From Synechococcus sp. (GTDB taxonomy: Bacteria; Cyanobacteriota; Cyanobacteriia; PCC-6307; Cyanobiaceae), in NCBI GenBank assembly GCA_047285805.1, contig JBJBCN010000003.1:192001-256000 (forward strand): a stretch of 64,000 nucleotides of DNA. Direction: 5' to 3'. The notes below the pieces were generated by a model. The model was not told the origin of the DNA. It did no database searches and saw only the letters and a program-made list of their open reading frames with translations. Position 1 is the first letter of the stretch. Every line of letters starts with the position of its first letter. Below are positions 9,737-21,739 of the stretch, piece after piece. Position numbers and translations under genes: made by a program.

Positions 9737-10750
9737 CTAGCCGGCGGCCAGGAGATAAAGGAGGGCCATCCGAATCGGGATGCCATTGATGACCTGCTCC
9801 TCCACCAGGGAACGGGACGGGTCATCGAGTAGCGCGCCGCTCATCTCAACACCACGGTTCACCGGACCTGGATGGAGGACGGGGATTTTGCCTGGCAAGC
9901 GCTCATGGGTGAGACCAAACCGGCGGTGATAGCTCTCCAAGCTGGTGAGCAGGTTTTGGTTCATCCGCTCCTTCTGCAGGCGCAGGGTCATCACGGCATC
10001 GGCACCAGCCAAGGCCTGGTCGAGATTGCGCTCAATGCTGATGCGACCGCGCTGGGCGACGGGATCGCTGGCCTGCCCGGGGGGGGGAGCATCGACGAAC
10101 TGTTCAAACGCCTGCGGCAGCAAGGTGGCAGGCGCGCAGAGCACCACATCGGCACCGCACCCGGTCAACGCCCAGAGGTTGGAGCGGGCCACACGGGAAT
10201 GCAGGATGTCGCCGACGATCACGATCCGCCGCCCCCGCAGGGCCTCCGGGGTGGGGTTCTCCGGGTTGAACTGACGCGCTAGGGAAAACAGATCGAGCAG
10301 GCCCTGACTGGGGTGGCTGTGCAAACCGTCGCCACCATTAAGGACCGCGACGCGATCGCCGCTGAGGTCAAGGTCGTTCGCCAAAGACGCCGGAATCCCC
10401 GTGCAGCGGTGGCGGAGCACGAGCAGGTCGGCGCCCATGGCCACGTAGGTGCGCACCGTGTCCAGCAAGCTCTCGCCTTTGCTCAGGGAACTGGAAGAAG
10501 GAGAGAAGCTCTGAACATCCGCGGACAACCGCTTGGCGGCCAGTTCAAAGCTGCTGCGGGTACGGGTGCTGGGCTCAAAAAAAAGGGTGGTGACGAGCTT
10601 GCCCTGCAGGGCAGGCAACTTGCGGGCACCACTGGTTGGCATAGCCCGAAACCGCTGGGCCAGCTCTAAAACAATGTTGTAGTCCTCAAGCGAGAAGGCC
10701 GCCAGATCCAGCACATGGCGGTGGGTCCAGTCGCTCAAGGTCTGCGGCAA
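9737..10750 (-). CDS. pyrB: Aspartate carbamoyltransferase catalytic subunit
   Basis: [21 protein letters not shown] and HPGPVNRG motifs. Confidence 0.96.
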   Translation of the reverse strand: MPQTLSDWTHRHVLDLAAFSLEDYNIVLELAQRFRAMPTSGARKLPALQGKLVTTLFFEPSTRTRSSFELAAKRLSADVQSFSPSSSSLSKGESLLDTVRTYVAMGADLLVLRHRCTGIPASLANDLDLSGDRVAVLNGGDGLHSHPSQGLLDLFSLARQFNPENPTPEALRGRRIVIVGDILHSRVARSNLWALTGCGADVVLCAPATLLPQAFEQFVDAPPPGQASDPVAQRGRISIERNLDQALAGADAVMTLRLQKERMNQNLLTSLESYHRRFGLTHERLPGKIPVLHPGPVNRGVEMSGALLDDPSRSLVEEQVINGIPIRMALLYLLAAG

Positions 10751-10764
10751 GCGTCACCCGCAGG

Positions 10765-11499
10765 CTAGAAGCCCGTGGAGCAAGAGGCCACGTCCCAGGC
10801 TTCCTCGACAGCAGGGGTGCGGTCCCCCTTGGCGCGGCGACTGATGCTGCGGCTTCTGCGCAAGTACCACCGCCAAGGCAGGTCCTGGCCCTGGCTGATA
10901 CCGATGCGGCTGGTTTGAACCAGATCATCCGCCCGAAACGCGGCGGGCGCTTGGGCAAACCAAAGCCCCTGCGCCTGGCTGCTAGGGCAGTGATCGTGAC
11001 TGCGGTCGAGGCCAAAGCGACGGGCAAGCAGAGCCGGACCCGCAGCGACCCGCTCGGGCTCCCCCGGGATGGCCAGGGCTCGAAGCAGGACACCGTTAGC
11101 CCAGTCAGCCCGGTCGGTCACCACGTTCACGCAGTGGTGGATGCCATAGCTGACATAGACGTAAAAACGCCCTGGCTCACCAAAGAGCGTTTCGTTGCTG
11201 GGGGAGCGGCGGCGATAGCCGTGGCAAGCGGGGTCGTCTTGGGAATACGCCTCCGTTTCCACCACCACACCCCACAGCAGGCTGCCGTCTGTTTGACGTT
11301 TCACCAACCGGCAGCCAATCAGCTCAGGGGCAACGACCTCCGCTGGACGGCAGAAGAAGGCGTGGGGCAGGGCTGGGAAATCTCTGGTGATGGGCTGGGT
11401 GGCTATGGGAGTGGCTTCTGGTCTCCCTTCATCGTGCCGACGACCAGCCAACTGCTCTAAGCCCAGTGGCAATGGCGGATTTCCTGGCGAAACTCCCAA
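10765..11499 (-). CDS. mpg: 3-methyladenine DNA glycosylase (start uncertain; conserved part begins ~11390)
   Basis: [30 protein letters not shown] and RIGIS motifs. Confidence 0.9.
   Translation of the reverse strand: MGVSPGNPPLPLGLEQLAGRRHDEGRPEATPIATQPITRDFPALPHAFFCRPAEVVAPELIGCRLVKRQTDGSLLWGVVVETEAYSQDDPACHGYRRRSPSNETLFGEPGRFYVYVSYGIHHCVNVVTDRADWANGVLLRALAIPGEPERVAAGPALLARRFGLDRSHDHCPSSQAQGLWFAQAPAAFRADDLVQTSRIGISQGQDLPWRWYLRRSRSISRRAKGDRTPAVEEAWDVASCSTGF
11327..11379. repeat. 53-bp direct repeat, copy 1 (inside mpg 5' coding region)
   Basis: GGGGCAACGACCTCCGCTGGACGGCAGAAGAAGGCGTGGGGCAGGGCTGGGAA, identical to 12879-12931. Confidence 0.95.
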
Positions 11500-11520
11500 C
11501 AGAAGTTGAGCGCGAGCGCT

Positions 11521-12552
11521 ATGCAGCAGTCCATTCGCCTGAGCCTCTCCCTCACTGGTGCAGCTGCTTTGGCACTGGCATCAATGCCGCAGGTGAGCGC
11601 AAAGCCTGCAGTGGTGGCGCAAGGGAGCGCGGAAGACCTTGGAGTGATGAGCATCCGCCTCAAGGATGTGGTGAAACCGCAGGTTGGTGTTCAAGGTCAA
11701 ACCCAAGCGGCTGGCACCCCGAATGAGGCAGGCATTGGCGGTTTTATGCCGCTGGTGGTGGGAGAGAACAGCGTCTTCTTTGCTGATGTGCTGGCGAATG
11801 CGAACTTCGCGGACTGGGGCAACAGCAGCAGCATCATCAATACCAAGGTGGCGGGTCCCACCATCAGCACGTCATCCAGGCTTGGGTATCGCTGGCTGAA
11901 TGGTGACCGCAGTTGGATGTTTGGTGTCAACGGTGGGTATGACACCCGACCGATGGCAACGGGTGATGCCGATACAGGTGTTGCGGTCTCTGGTCAGCGG
12001 ACAGTCTTTTTCCAGCAGGCAGCGTTTGGCTTGGAGGCAGTGAATGATGACTGGAGCTTCAATGCCTATGGATTAATACCAACTGGAACAACGGAATACA
12101 GGTTGAATAGTGCTTACAACGGGGGAGCACTGGATACGTATGGGTTTGATGCGGGCTACAGCATCACGCCAGAGTGGAAGCTGAGTGTTGGCTATTACTA
12201 CCAGAATGGCGACCTCAATACAGCTGATGGCTCAGGCGTGCTGGGGCGACTGGCTTACAGCATCAATGAGGGAGTAACGGTTGGCACCAATCTGTCTTAT
12301 GACAGCGCGTTTAAGTCACGCTTCTCAGCTGACATTAAGTGGCGGTTCAATACGGCAGGAATTTCGCAAAGCGAGAAGCAGAAGAAAGCGTGGGAGAAGC
12401 CTACGATTAAGGCATTAACCGAGAGCGTGAAAAATAGGGATGTACGGGTGCACGATAACGGTCTTAGCTGTACATACGATGGCGTAAGGGGCTTCACTTG
12501 GAGTGACGGGAATGTCTGCATTACCCCCCAGATGTGGTATAAAAACCTATAA
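11521..12552 (+). CDS. Secreted outer-membrane beta-barrel protein (inverse autotransporter beta-domain-like)
   Basis: Signal peptide; alternating beta-strand motifs ([29 protein letters not shown]); ends RDVRVHD plus a 31-aa two-Cys tail. Confidence 0.7.
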   Translation: MQQSIRLSLSLTGAAALALASMPQVSAKPAVVAQGSAEDLGVMSIRLKDVVKPQVGVQGQTQAAGTPNEAGIGGFMPLVVGENSVFFADVLANANFADWGNSSSIINTKVAGPTISTSSRLGYRWLNGDRSWMFGVNGGYDTRPMATGDADTGVAVSGQRTVFFQQAAFGLEAVNDDWSFNAYGLIPTGTTEYRLNSAYNGGALDTYGFDAGYSITPEWKLSVGYYYQNGDLNTADGSGVLGRLAYSINEGVTVGTNLSYDSAFKSRFSADIKWRFNTAGISQSEKQKKAWEKPTIKALTESVKNRDVRVHDNGLSCTYDGVRGFTWSDGNVCITPQMWYKNL

Positions 12553-12585
12553 AAATAAAAAACAACACCCAAAGCCCAAAGCACC

Positions 12586-12613
12586 AAAGCCCCTGCAACC
12601 GCAGGGGCTTTTT
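12586..12613 (+). terminator. Intrinsic terminator of the beta-barrel gene
   Basis: AAAGCCCCTGC-AACC-GCAGGGGCTTT followed by further T residues. Confidence 0.88.
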
Positions 12614-12850
12614 ATTTCTTCAGTCACACCAACAAGCCAACAAATCAGCCTCCAATGCCTGGCACCATTGCCCTCGACTTAGCCCAATGGCAGGTCGCTC
12701 ACGGCATTCTTTGCCTCATCGCAAGACCGCAAGACACACCAAAGCCTCCCTCAATATCTTTCTCTCTACTTCTATCCTTATTTCCTCAACGCATTCACCA
12801 ATCACTTCGCTCTCTATAGCCATCACGGATGCCATTGGCGCGTCTAAATC

Positions 12851-12943
12851 TCACCGCCACTTGATACCAAGCCGCCTGGGGGCAACGACCTCCGCTGGAC
12901 GGCAGAAGAAGGCGTGGGGCAGGGCTGGGAAGTAACGCGCCAT
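12851..12943 (-). pseudogene. Orphan mpg 5' fragment
   Basis: ATG at 12943 gives [22 protein letters not shown], then diverges and stops at 12851. Confidence 0.6.
12879..12931. repeat. 53-bp direct repeat, copy 2
   Basis: Identical to 11327-11379. Confidence 0.95.
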
Positions 12944-13037
12944 CCATCCGAACGACCTTCTGATCACAGTTAACCGAGCCTTTGCTGCAAGCCGCAGAAA
13001 CGGACGCCAGAATCGATACAGCGGTTCCGCCCCTGCG

Positions 13038-13175
13038 ATGCACTCCGACGGCTTCACCCTTGCCACGGTCCTTATTGGCGGCAGCGGCCTTTTCGTGCTG
13101 GCCACCCTGTTCTTTGGGACCAAGGGCGGCTACTACGACACGGACAAGTACGACGGCAACGGCACCGCCCACTAA
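13038..13175 (+). CDS. ndhP: NDH-1L complex small subunit NdhP (45 aa)
   Basis: Manual translation MHSDGFTLATVLIGGSGLFVLATLFFGTKGGYYDTDKYDGNGTAH: one TM helix plus the NdhP-type FFGT..G.YDTD.Y.GNG.AH tail. Confidence 0.9.
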   Translation: MHSDGFTLATVLIGGSGLFVLATLFFGTKGGYYDTDKYDGNGTAH

Positions 13176-13181
13176 GGCCAC

Positions 13182-13480
13182 CTAGCTCTCGCTGGAGAGG
13201 CGCTCTGACTGAAGGCAGTCCGAGGTGGTCTCCAGGTCCTCGAGCAACGCCGAGCGATTGAAATACGCCAGGCGGGTACTCACCGCACCAATGGAATCCA
13301 GGCGGACGGGCTCTTCCAAGCTGTGGAGCTCGTCGTCATTCTCAGCGTCGTAGAGAAGGATGACCAGGTCCCCCTCTATTTCAACGACCAGCGCCTCTTC
13401 AATCCAACGCTGCTGGTCGCGCAAGAACACCCAAATGGGAGTTTCTCGCATTGATAGCGGTAAAGGCGTCCCTGAAGCAT
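13182..13480 (-). pseudogene. Conserved cyanobacterial hypothetical protein (FLRDQQRW family), apparently frameshifted
   Basis: ATG 13480 gives MLQGRLYRYQCEK. The continuation TPIWVFLRDQQRWIE lies in another frame; the shift is at the A3 run 13442-13444. Confidence 0.6.
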
Positions 13481-13539
13481 GGACGGCCAGCGGACGCCCA
13501 AATCCTAGGGATACTGAACTGATCTAACGCCCCAGCTCC

Positions 13540-14316
13540 GTGGTTGCTCACTGCACCGAAGACATCCGACTGCAGCTGCGGAGCTGGCCCGAAGTGGAGG
13601 CCTATCTCCAGCAGAACAAAGGGGTGATCATTCCCCTGGGGTCCACCGAGCAGCACGGTCCCACTGGAGCAATTGGGACCGATGCCTTAACCGCTGAGGC
13701 GGTAGCCCTGGAAGTCGGCCGGCGCCTGGAGGTGCTGGTGACCCCCGCCCAGGCCTTTGGGATGGCCGAACACCACCTCGGCTTTGCCGGGACGATGAGC
13801 CTTCAGCCCTCCACCCTGCTGGCGGTCCTGCACGACCTGATCCTGTCCTTGGCCAGGCATGGGTTTGAGCGTATCTATGTGGTTAATGGCCATGGCGGAA
13901 ACATCGCCACCTGCAAAGCTGCCTTTGCACAGGCCTATGGCACCGCAGCGGCCCGCGGCCTCCCCAATGCCCCTCAGCTGCGCTGCAAGCTCGCCAACTG
14001 GTTCATGGCCTCCGAGGCGATGGGACTGGCCAGGGAGCTCTACGGGGACAAGGAAGGGCACCATGCGACCCCCAGCGAAATCGCCATCACCCTGGCGTTG
14101 GAGCCCAGCCTGGAGAGCAAGCAGCAACCCCTGCCGGACCCGGCCCCAGCTGGCCCCATTCACAGCCCCGAGGACTTCCGTCGCCGCCACCCCGATGGCA
14201 GGATGGGCTCCCATCCCTCCTTGGCCACCGCCGAGGACGGCCGCCGCTTTTTGGATGTGGCCGCAACGGGTCTGGTCACTGATCTGGAGCGCTTTTTAAG
14301 GGAGTCGGCCAGCTAG
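13540..14316 (+). CDS. Creatininase family amidohydrolase
   Basis: PLGSTEQHG, G.D, NGHGGN and HA...E motifs. Confidence 0.9.
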   Translation: MVAHCTEDIRLQLRSWPEVEAYLQQNKGVIIPLGSTEQHGPTGAIGTDALTAEAVALEVGRRLEVLVTPAQAFGMAEHHLGFAGTMSLQPSTLLAVLHDLILSLARHGFERIYVVNGHGGNIATCKAAFAQAYGTAAARGLPNAPQLRCKLANWFMASEAMGLARELYGDKEGHHATPSEIAITLALEPSLESKQQPLPDPAPAGPIHSPEDFRRRHPDGRMGSHPSLATAEDGRRFLDVAATGLVTDLERFLRESAS

Positions 14317-14325
14317 GTTCACCCC

Positions 14326-14619
14326 ATGAGCAACATCAGCGCCGACGACGTCCGCAAGGTGGCCAAGCTGGCTCGCCTGGATCTGCCCGAGGAGAAAATC
14401 GCGACTTATACCGGTCAGCTCGAGCGAATCCTCGACTACGTCGACCAGCTGCAAGCAGTCGATACCGATGGGGTTCCCGCCACCACCCGCGCCGTTGAGG
14501 TCGTCAATGTGACCCGCGAGGACACCGTTGTGCCCACAGACGTGCGCGAGAAGCTGCTGGATGAGGCGCCCCTTCGGGAAGGAGATTTCTTCCGCGTTCC
14601 CAAGATCCTGGCGGACTGA
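14326..14619 (+). CDS. gatC: Asp/Glu-tRNA amidotransferase subunit C
   Basis: [10 protein letters not shown] ... FFRVPKIL. Confidence 0.95.
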   Translation: MSNISADDVRKVAKLARLDLPEEKIATYTGQLERILDYVDQLQAVDTDGVPATTRAVEVVNVTREDTVVPTDVREKLLDEAPLREGDFFRVPKILAD

Positions 14620-14662
14620 TCAGACTCGAGCTGACTTCAGGCTCGAGTTCGGTTAAAGGCCC

Positions 14663-15688
14663 TCAGCGGCGCGGGGAAACGGCAGTGCGGTGCAGGAGCG
14701 CGACCACATGGCGACGTGCCCTGAACGATGGAAGAAGACCCGCGATGGGACGCAGCTTGCTGCGGCGGCGGCGGTGGCTGCGAACACCAAGAACGATGTC
14801 GTAGAGGAAGTTCGTTAAATCGCTTTTGGTCTCGAATAAACCGAGACGCTGGGGAGATCCCTTGGCATCCAGGATTGGCTTTGTTGAGTGATAAGCAGGC
14901 CGGTACTCAAACCAGGGAATAGATGGCCACAGGTGATGAACCAAGTGATAGTTCTGACCCATGATCAGCCAGTTCATCAAACGCCCGGGATAGACCCTGG
15001 CGTTGTGCCAACGGTTCCGGGACGAGAAGGGTCGATGAGGCAAGTAATCGAAGAACAATCCAAGGGTCACACCAACCATCAGAGCTGGGGCAAACCAGAC
15101 ATTGAAGATGAAATCAATGAAGCCATATTTGATCCCGGCCAGCACAATCGCGAAGAAGATTCCCCGCCCTAAGCCCCACTCCAGAAGTTCATGATCACGC
15201 CAAAGCTTGCGCTGGAAGAAAAAGTACTCGTGATAGAAGAATCGAGGGGCGATTAACCAAAGCGGACCGAAGGTGCTGACGATGTGGTCGGGATCGTTCT
15301 TCGGATCGTTCACATGGGCATGGTGCTGCAGGTGCACGCGCGTAAAGACCGGGAAGCTGAAGCCCAGCAGCAATGCAGCTCCATGCCCCATGAAGGCATT
15401 CCAGAAACGGCTGGGGTGCGCCGCGTTATGGCAGGCATCATGGATGACCGTGCCCTCTAGATGCAGGGCCAAAAAGCCCGTGGCCAGCAGGACAGGCAGC
15501 GACCAACCCCAGAGGAACCAGCCGGCAATGCTCAGAGCGGCCAGGGCATAACCGCCCAAGAAAAGCCCCACCGTTGGGTTCAAGGGGGCAGGGGGATCGA
15601 GGTATTCCCGCGGTACAGCGCTCACCGAAGCACGCACCTCTTGGCGTCCAAGCTCTCTCGACTCAGCTGGGGCCAAGGTTTGCGTCAT
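14663..15688 (-). CDS. crtR: Beta-carotene hydroxylase
   Basis: His boxes HDACH, HLQHH and HLVHH; FFDYLPH. Confidence 0.92.
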   Translation of the reverse strand: MTQTLAPAESRELGRQEVRASVSAVPREYLDPPAPLNPTVGLFLGGYALAALSIAGWFLWGWSLPVLLATGFLALHLEGTVIHDACHNAAHPSRFWNAFMGHGAALLLGFSFPVFTRVHLQHHAHVNDPKNDPDHIVSTFGPLWLIAPRFFYHEYFFFQRKLWRDHELLEWGLGRGIFFAIVLAGIKYGFIDFIFNVWFAPALMVGVTLGLFFDYLPHRPFSSRNRWHNARVYPGRLMNWLIMGQNYHLVHHLWPSIPWFEYRPAYHSTKPILDAKGSPQRLGLFETKSDLTNFLYDIVLGVRSHRRRRSKLRPIAGLLPSFRARRHVVALLHRTAVSPRR

Positions 15689-15735
15689 GTCTACTGAATG
15701 ATTACCAGCTTAGAAAAACTGACGTCTCGAACGGA

Positions 15736-15817
15736 TGCCCACCGGGGGACTTGAACCCCCACGACCGAAGCCACTGGTACCTAAAACCAGCGCGTCTACC
15801 AATTCCGCCAGGTGGGC
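15736..15817 (-). tRNA. tRNA-Leu(TAG)
   Basis: GCCCACCTGGCGGAATTGGTAGACGCG, anticodon arm CTGGT-TT-TAG-GT-ACCAG, long variable arm. Confidence 0.96.
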
Positions 15818-15868
15818 AGGCAACGACTTTAGAGAGCGGCCCAGAATGGGGTCAACGCCTCAATTCCC

Positions 15869-16477
15869 ATGCTGGCCACCCTTGGCGGAACCCTTGCCCT
15901 TCTGGTGGGCCTGACGGTGATGCTGTTGCCACTGCTCGCCAACGAGCTCAGCCGCGCCCGCGATGCCGCCTGGGGTGCCGTGGTGTTGCTGCTGGGGCTG
16001 ACCCTGGTCACCAGCGCCGACCGGCTGACCGGCTCCCCGATGCTGGCCGTGCTTTGCGGAGGCCTGCTGATTGCTCGGCTGGGTAGCGAGGTCCTGCAGA
16101 GCCGCTGGCGCATGCTCACCCCTGAGGAGCAGCAGCGAATCGCCTCCCTAGAACGCTGGCAGACCAGCCTGGGCGAGCTGTTCAGCAGCAGCTCCAAGGC
16201 CGCTGCCGTCTTGAACGAAACGGGTGGGTCCCTGCTGAGCGCCTTCAAAGGGGGGCCGAAACCAGGGAAAACCAGCAAACGCTGGGTTCGTGCCGAAACT
16301 GACTCAGGCAGCACTGACGCTGAGAGCACGGCTGTGGCTCCCAGCGGAACTTCAGAGGAACCAGCCCCCGTGGAACCGGTGCCAACCGACTTCGATGCCA
16401 CGGTTGAGCCCACCGTGTTGACTTCCTTTGACGAGGTGGAAGAGCTGATCGAGGCCTCCAGCCCCCAAGCGGGATAA
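15869..16477 (+). CDS. Ycf66 family membrane protein
   Basis: N-terminal TMs with ELSRARD and W..LTPEE motifs; acidic tail. Confidence 0.75.
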   Translation: MLATLGGTLALLVGLTVMLLPLLANELSRARDAAWGAVVLLLGLTLVTSADRLTGSPMLAVLCGGLLIARLGSEVLQSRWRMLTPEEQQRIASLERWQTSLGELFSSSSKAAAVLNETGGSLLSAFKGGPKPGKTSKRWVRAETDSGSTDAESTAVAPSGTSEEPAPVEPVPTDFDATVEPTVLTSFDEVEELIEASSPQAG

Positions 16478-16501
16478 TCGACCCTTGCTGCCCCGAGCGC
16501 T

Positions 16502-19452
<2,951 letters not shown>

Positions 19453-19456
<4 letters not shown>

Positions 19457-19767
19457 AGCCAGGCGGCTGGGTCGAGAAAAGGCTCGGCCCCGGATGCCTC
19501 GGCGAGGCACTTCTCATCCTGCGGGTTGAGCGGTCCCTGCAGCAGTTCAACCTGCTCGATTTGAGCCGCGTCCGGCAGCAGAGGTTGATCAGGATCAAAC
19601 CCCGTGGGGTGCGAGACGCTGCTGGAGAATCCGCGAAAGATCAGCAGCTCAAACGACTCGAAGCCAGTGGGAACAGGCAGGGACCCCCGCAAACGCAGGA
19701 CACGGTCTGCTCGGCCTCGACTGATCTCCTCGAGCTGAACCAGCAGCTCGGCCACGCGCAACGCCAT
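19453..19767 (-). CDS. Conserved hypothetical protein
   Basis: LIFRGFSSS..HPT.FDPD motif; in line with the upstream gene. Confidence 0.7.
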
Positions 19768-19770
19768 GCC

Positions 19771-20388
19771 TTAAAAACCGCCGGCGACGCGGCCCTGCTT
19801 GGGCAACCGGACGACCAGCCACTGCAACAGGCCAACGCCGTACGCGACCAGGGACACATAGCCGACAAAGGCGGCAATGGCAGCCGTCCAGCTCCCGCCA
19901 AAGACAAAATCAAAGACGCTGGCCACACCGCCGTGCAAGTCATCGGGAGCCTCCAGCCAAACCCGACAGATCGGCCGGGTCAGCCCACCTCCAACGCAGC
20001 TGAGAGCCACAGCGCTCAAGGCGGCGCCGAGCACTCCGAACACCGTCAGACCCCAACGCCAGGCGCGGACAACGAACGGCAAGGGGCGCCAGGGCGGCAG
20101 GTCCGCCAACTCCTCGTTGAGGTCCACCCAGAACCAGACGCTGATCACCACCAGCAGCTGGGAGAGGACCGCGAGCAGATAGCCCAGGGGCCGGTTATCG
20201 GTCAGGAGTAGCACCGTGATCAACAGCAGGCTGGCCACCTTCCAGTAGATCCCCATCAAGCGGGTCAAGGCCTGCTCACGCTTCAGCGCAGACCACACCA
20301 GCAGCACCAGGGGCAAACCCAGGGCAAACACCGCCGCCAAGCGGTAATCCAGCCAAACCAGGGTGCGATAGAGCAGCAGATCTGGCAC
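19771..20388 (-). CDS. DUF3177-like membrane protein
   Basis: LVWLDYRLA, YWKVASLL, WFWVDLNEE and RLPKQGR motifs. Confidence 0.8.
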   Translation of the reverse strand: MPDLLLYRTLVWLDYRLAAVFALGLPLVLLVWSALKREQALTRLMGIYWKVASLLLITVLLLTDNRPLGYLLAVLSQLLVVISVWFWVDLNEELADLPPWRPLPFVVRAWRWGLTVFGVLGAALSAVALSCVGGGLTRPICRVWLEAPDDLHGGVASVFDFVFGGSWTAAIAAFVGYVSLVAYGVGLLQWLVVRLPKQGRVAGGF

Positions 20389-20458
20389 GCAGCAACACGC
20401 ATTCAGTGGCCATTATCTGCAGCCCTGCGGCGAAAGGAAGCGGCTGTAGGGTCCGCCG

Positions 20459-21733
20459 ATGGCCTGGACCGCCCGCCTCTCTCCGTTTTTGCCCTGGCGA
20501 CAAACGCCGCAGCAGGCGCAGTGCACAACAGCACTGAGCTCTGAGCCGGCCCTGGAGGCCGCCATCGCGGATCTCGGCCAGCAGCTCAAGCAGGCCGGTC
20601 AGCGGCATTCAGCTGATCTTGGGCTGGTGTTTTGCTCAAGCGCCTACGCCAGCGACCTCCAGCGCTTGATGCCACTGCTCCAGCAGGCGATTGGTGCCAA
20701 ACATTGGCTGGGCTGCTGTGGCGGCGGGGTCGTCGGGACCAACGCCGAGGGCGCAGCCCAGGAGATCGAACACCAGCCCGCCATCAGCGTCACCTTGTTC
20801 ACCCTCCCCGAGACGGAGATCGAACTCTTCTCGCTCAAAAGCGAGGCCTTGCCCGATCTCGACGGCTCACGGCAGAGCTGGATCGACTGGGCCGGTGTCG
20901 CCCCGGACGGCGGCCACTCCATGCTCCTGTTCCTGGATCCGACCTGCACCGCGATCAATGACTTGATCAGCGGCTTGGACTTCGCCTACCCCGAAGCCCA
21001 GAAGATCGGGGGGATTGCCGGGCAACACAGCGCACAACACGGCTCCCTCTTGCTCCGGGACGGCGTGGTCGACGGCGCCATCGGCTGCCTGATCAGGGGA
21101 GCCTGGCGCATTGATCCAGTCGTCGCCCAAGGGTGCAAGCCAATCGGCCCGGTCTTTGAGATTGAGAAAGCCGAGCGCAATGTGTTGCTGCGCCTCAGCC
21201 ATGACGGCGAAGCGAACACCCCCGTGGCCTGCCTGCAAACAATCCTGCAGGACCTCTCGCCCGAGGAGAAGGAGCTGGTGCGGCATTCCCTGTTTCTAGG
21301 GGTGGCCAAAACCAACTTCCAACTGCCCAGCGATGGCTCCCCCGCCCCTGGACCGGCCGTTCTGGTGCGCAACCTGATCGGCGTCGACCCCCGCAACGGC
21401 TCCGTCGCGGTGGCCGAGCGGCTGCGAGTCGGGCAACAGGTGCAGTTTCAACTACGGGATGCCGAGACCTCACGGCAGGAACAACAGCAGTTGCTGGCTC
21501 AACAGCACAGCCGCAACACCGAGCCGCTGGCGGCCCTGCTCTTTGCCTGCCTTGGTCGCGGGGAGGGGCTCTACGGGAGCGCCAACGGCGATGTCGATGG
21601 ATGCCGTCAACACTTCCCCGCAGTGCCCATCGGTGGTGCCTTCTGCAACGGCGAAATCGGCCCGGTCGCCGGTGCAACCCACCTGCATGGCTACACCGCG
21701 AGCTGGGGCTTTCTGGTGCCGAACACTCCCTGA
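20459..21733 (+). CDS. FIST signal transduction domain protein
   Basis: GCCGGG, VAQGCKPIG, LVRNLIGVD, FACLGRG and GAFCNGEIGP motifs. Confidence 0.9.
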   Translation: MAWTARLSPFLPWRQTPQQAQCTTALSSEPALEAAIADLGQQLKQAGQRHSADLGLVFCSSAYASDLQRLMPLLQQAIGAKHWLGCCGGGVVGTNAEGAAQEIEHQPAISVTLFTLPETEIELFSLKSEALPDLDGSRQSWIDWAGVAPDGGHSMLLFLDPTCTAINDLISGLDFAYPEAQKIGGIAGQHSAQHGSLLLRDGVVDGAIGCLIRGAWRIDPVVAQGCKPIGPVFEIEKAERNVLLRLSHDGEANTPVACLQTILQDLSPEEKELVRHSLFLGVAKTNFQLPSDGSPAPGPAVLVRNLIGVDPRNGSVAVAERLRVGQQVQFQLRDAETSRQEQQQLLAQQHSRNTEPLAALLFACLGRGEGLYGSANGDVDGCRQHFPAVPIGGAFCNGEIGPVAGATHLHGYTASWGFLVPNTP

Positions 21734-21739
21734 TTTCCG

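Larger units (their letters stand above)
11380..12931. mobile_element. Putative horizontally acquired islet inserted at the mpg 5' end (no mobility gene)
   Basis: Flanked by a perfect 53-bp direct repeat, AT-richer than its neighbours, one cargo gene with its own terminator. Confidence 0.6.

Noticed and set aside
11521..12552. Barrel C-terminal tail as a diversity-generating retroelement target
   Set aside because: No template repeat or reverse transcriptase in the window.
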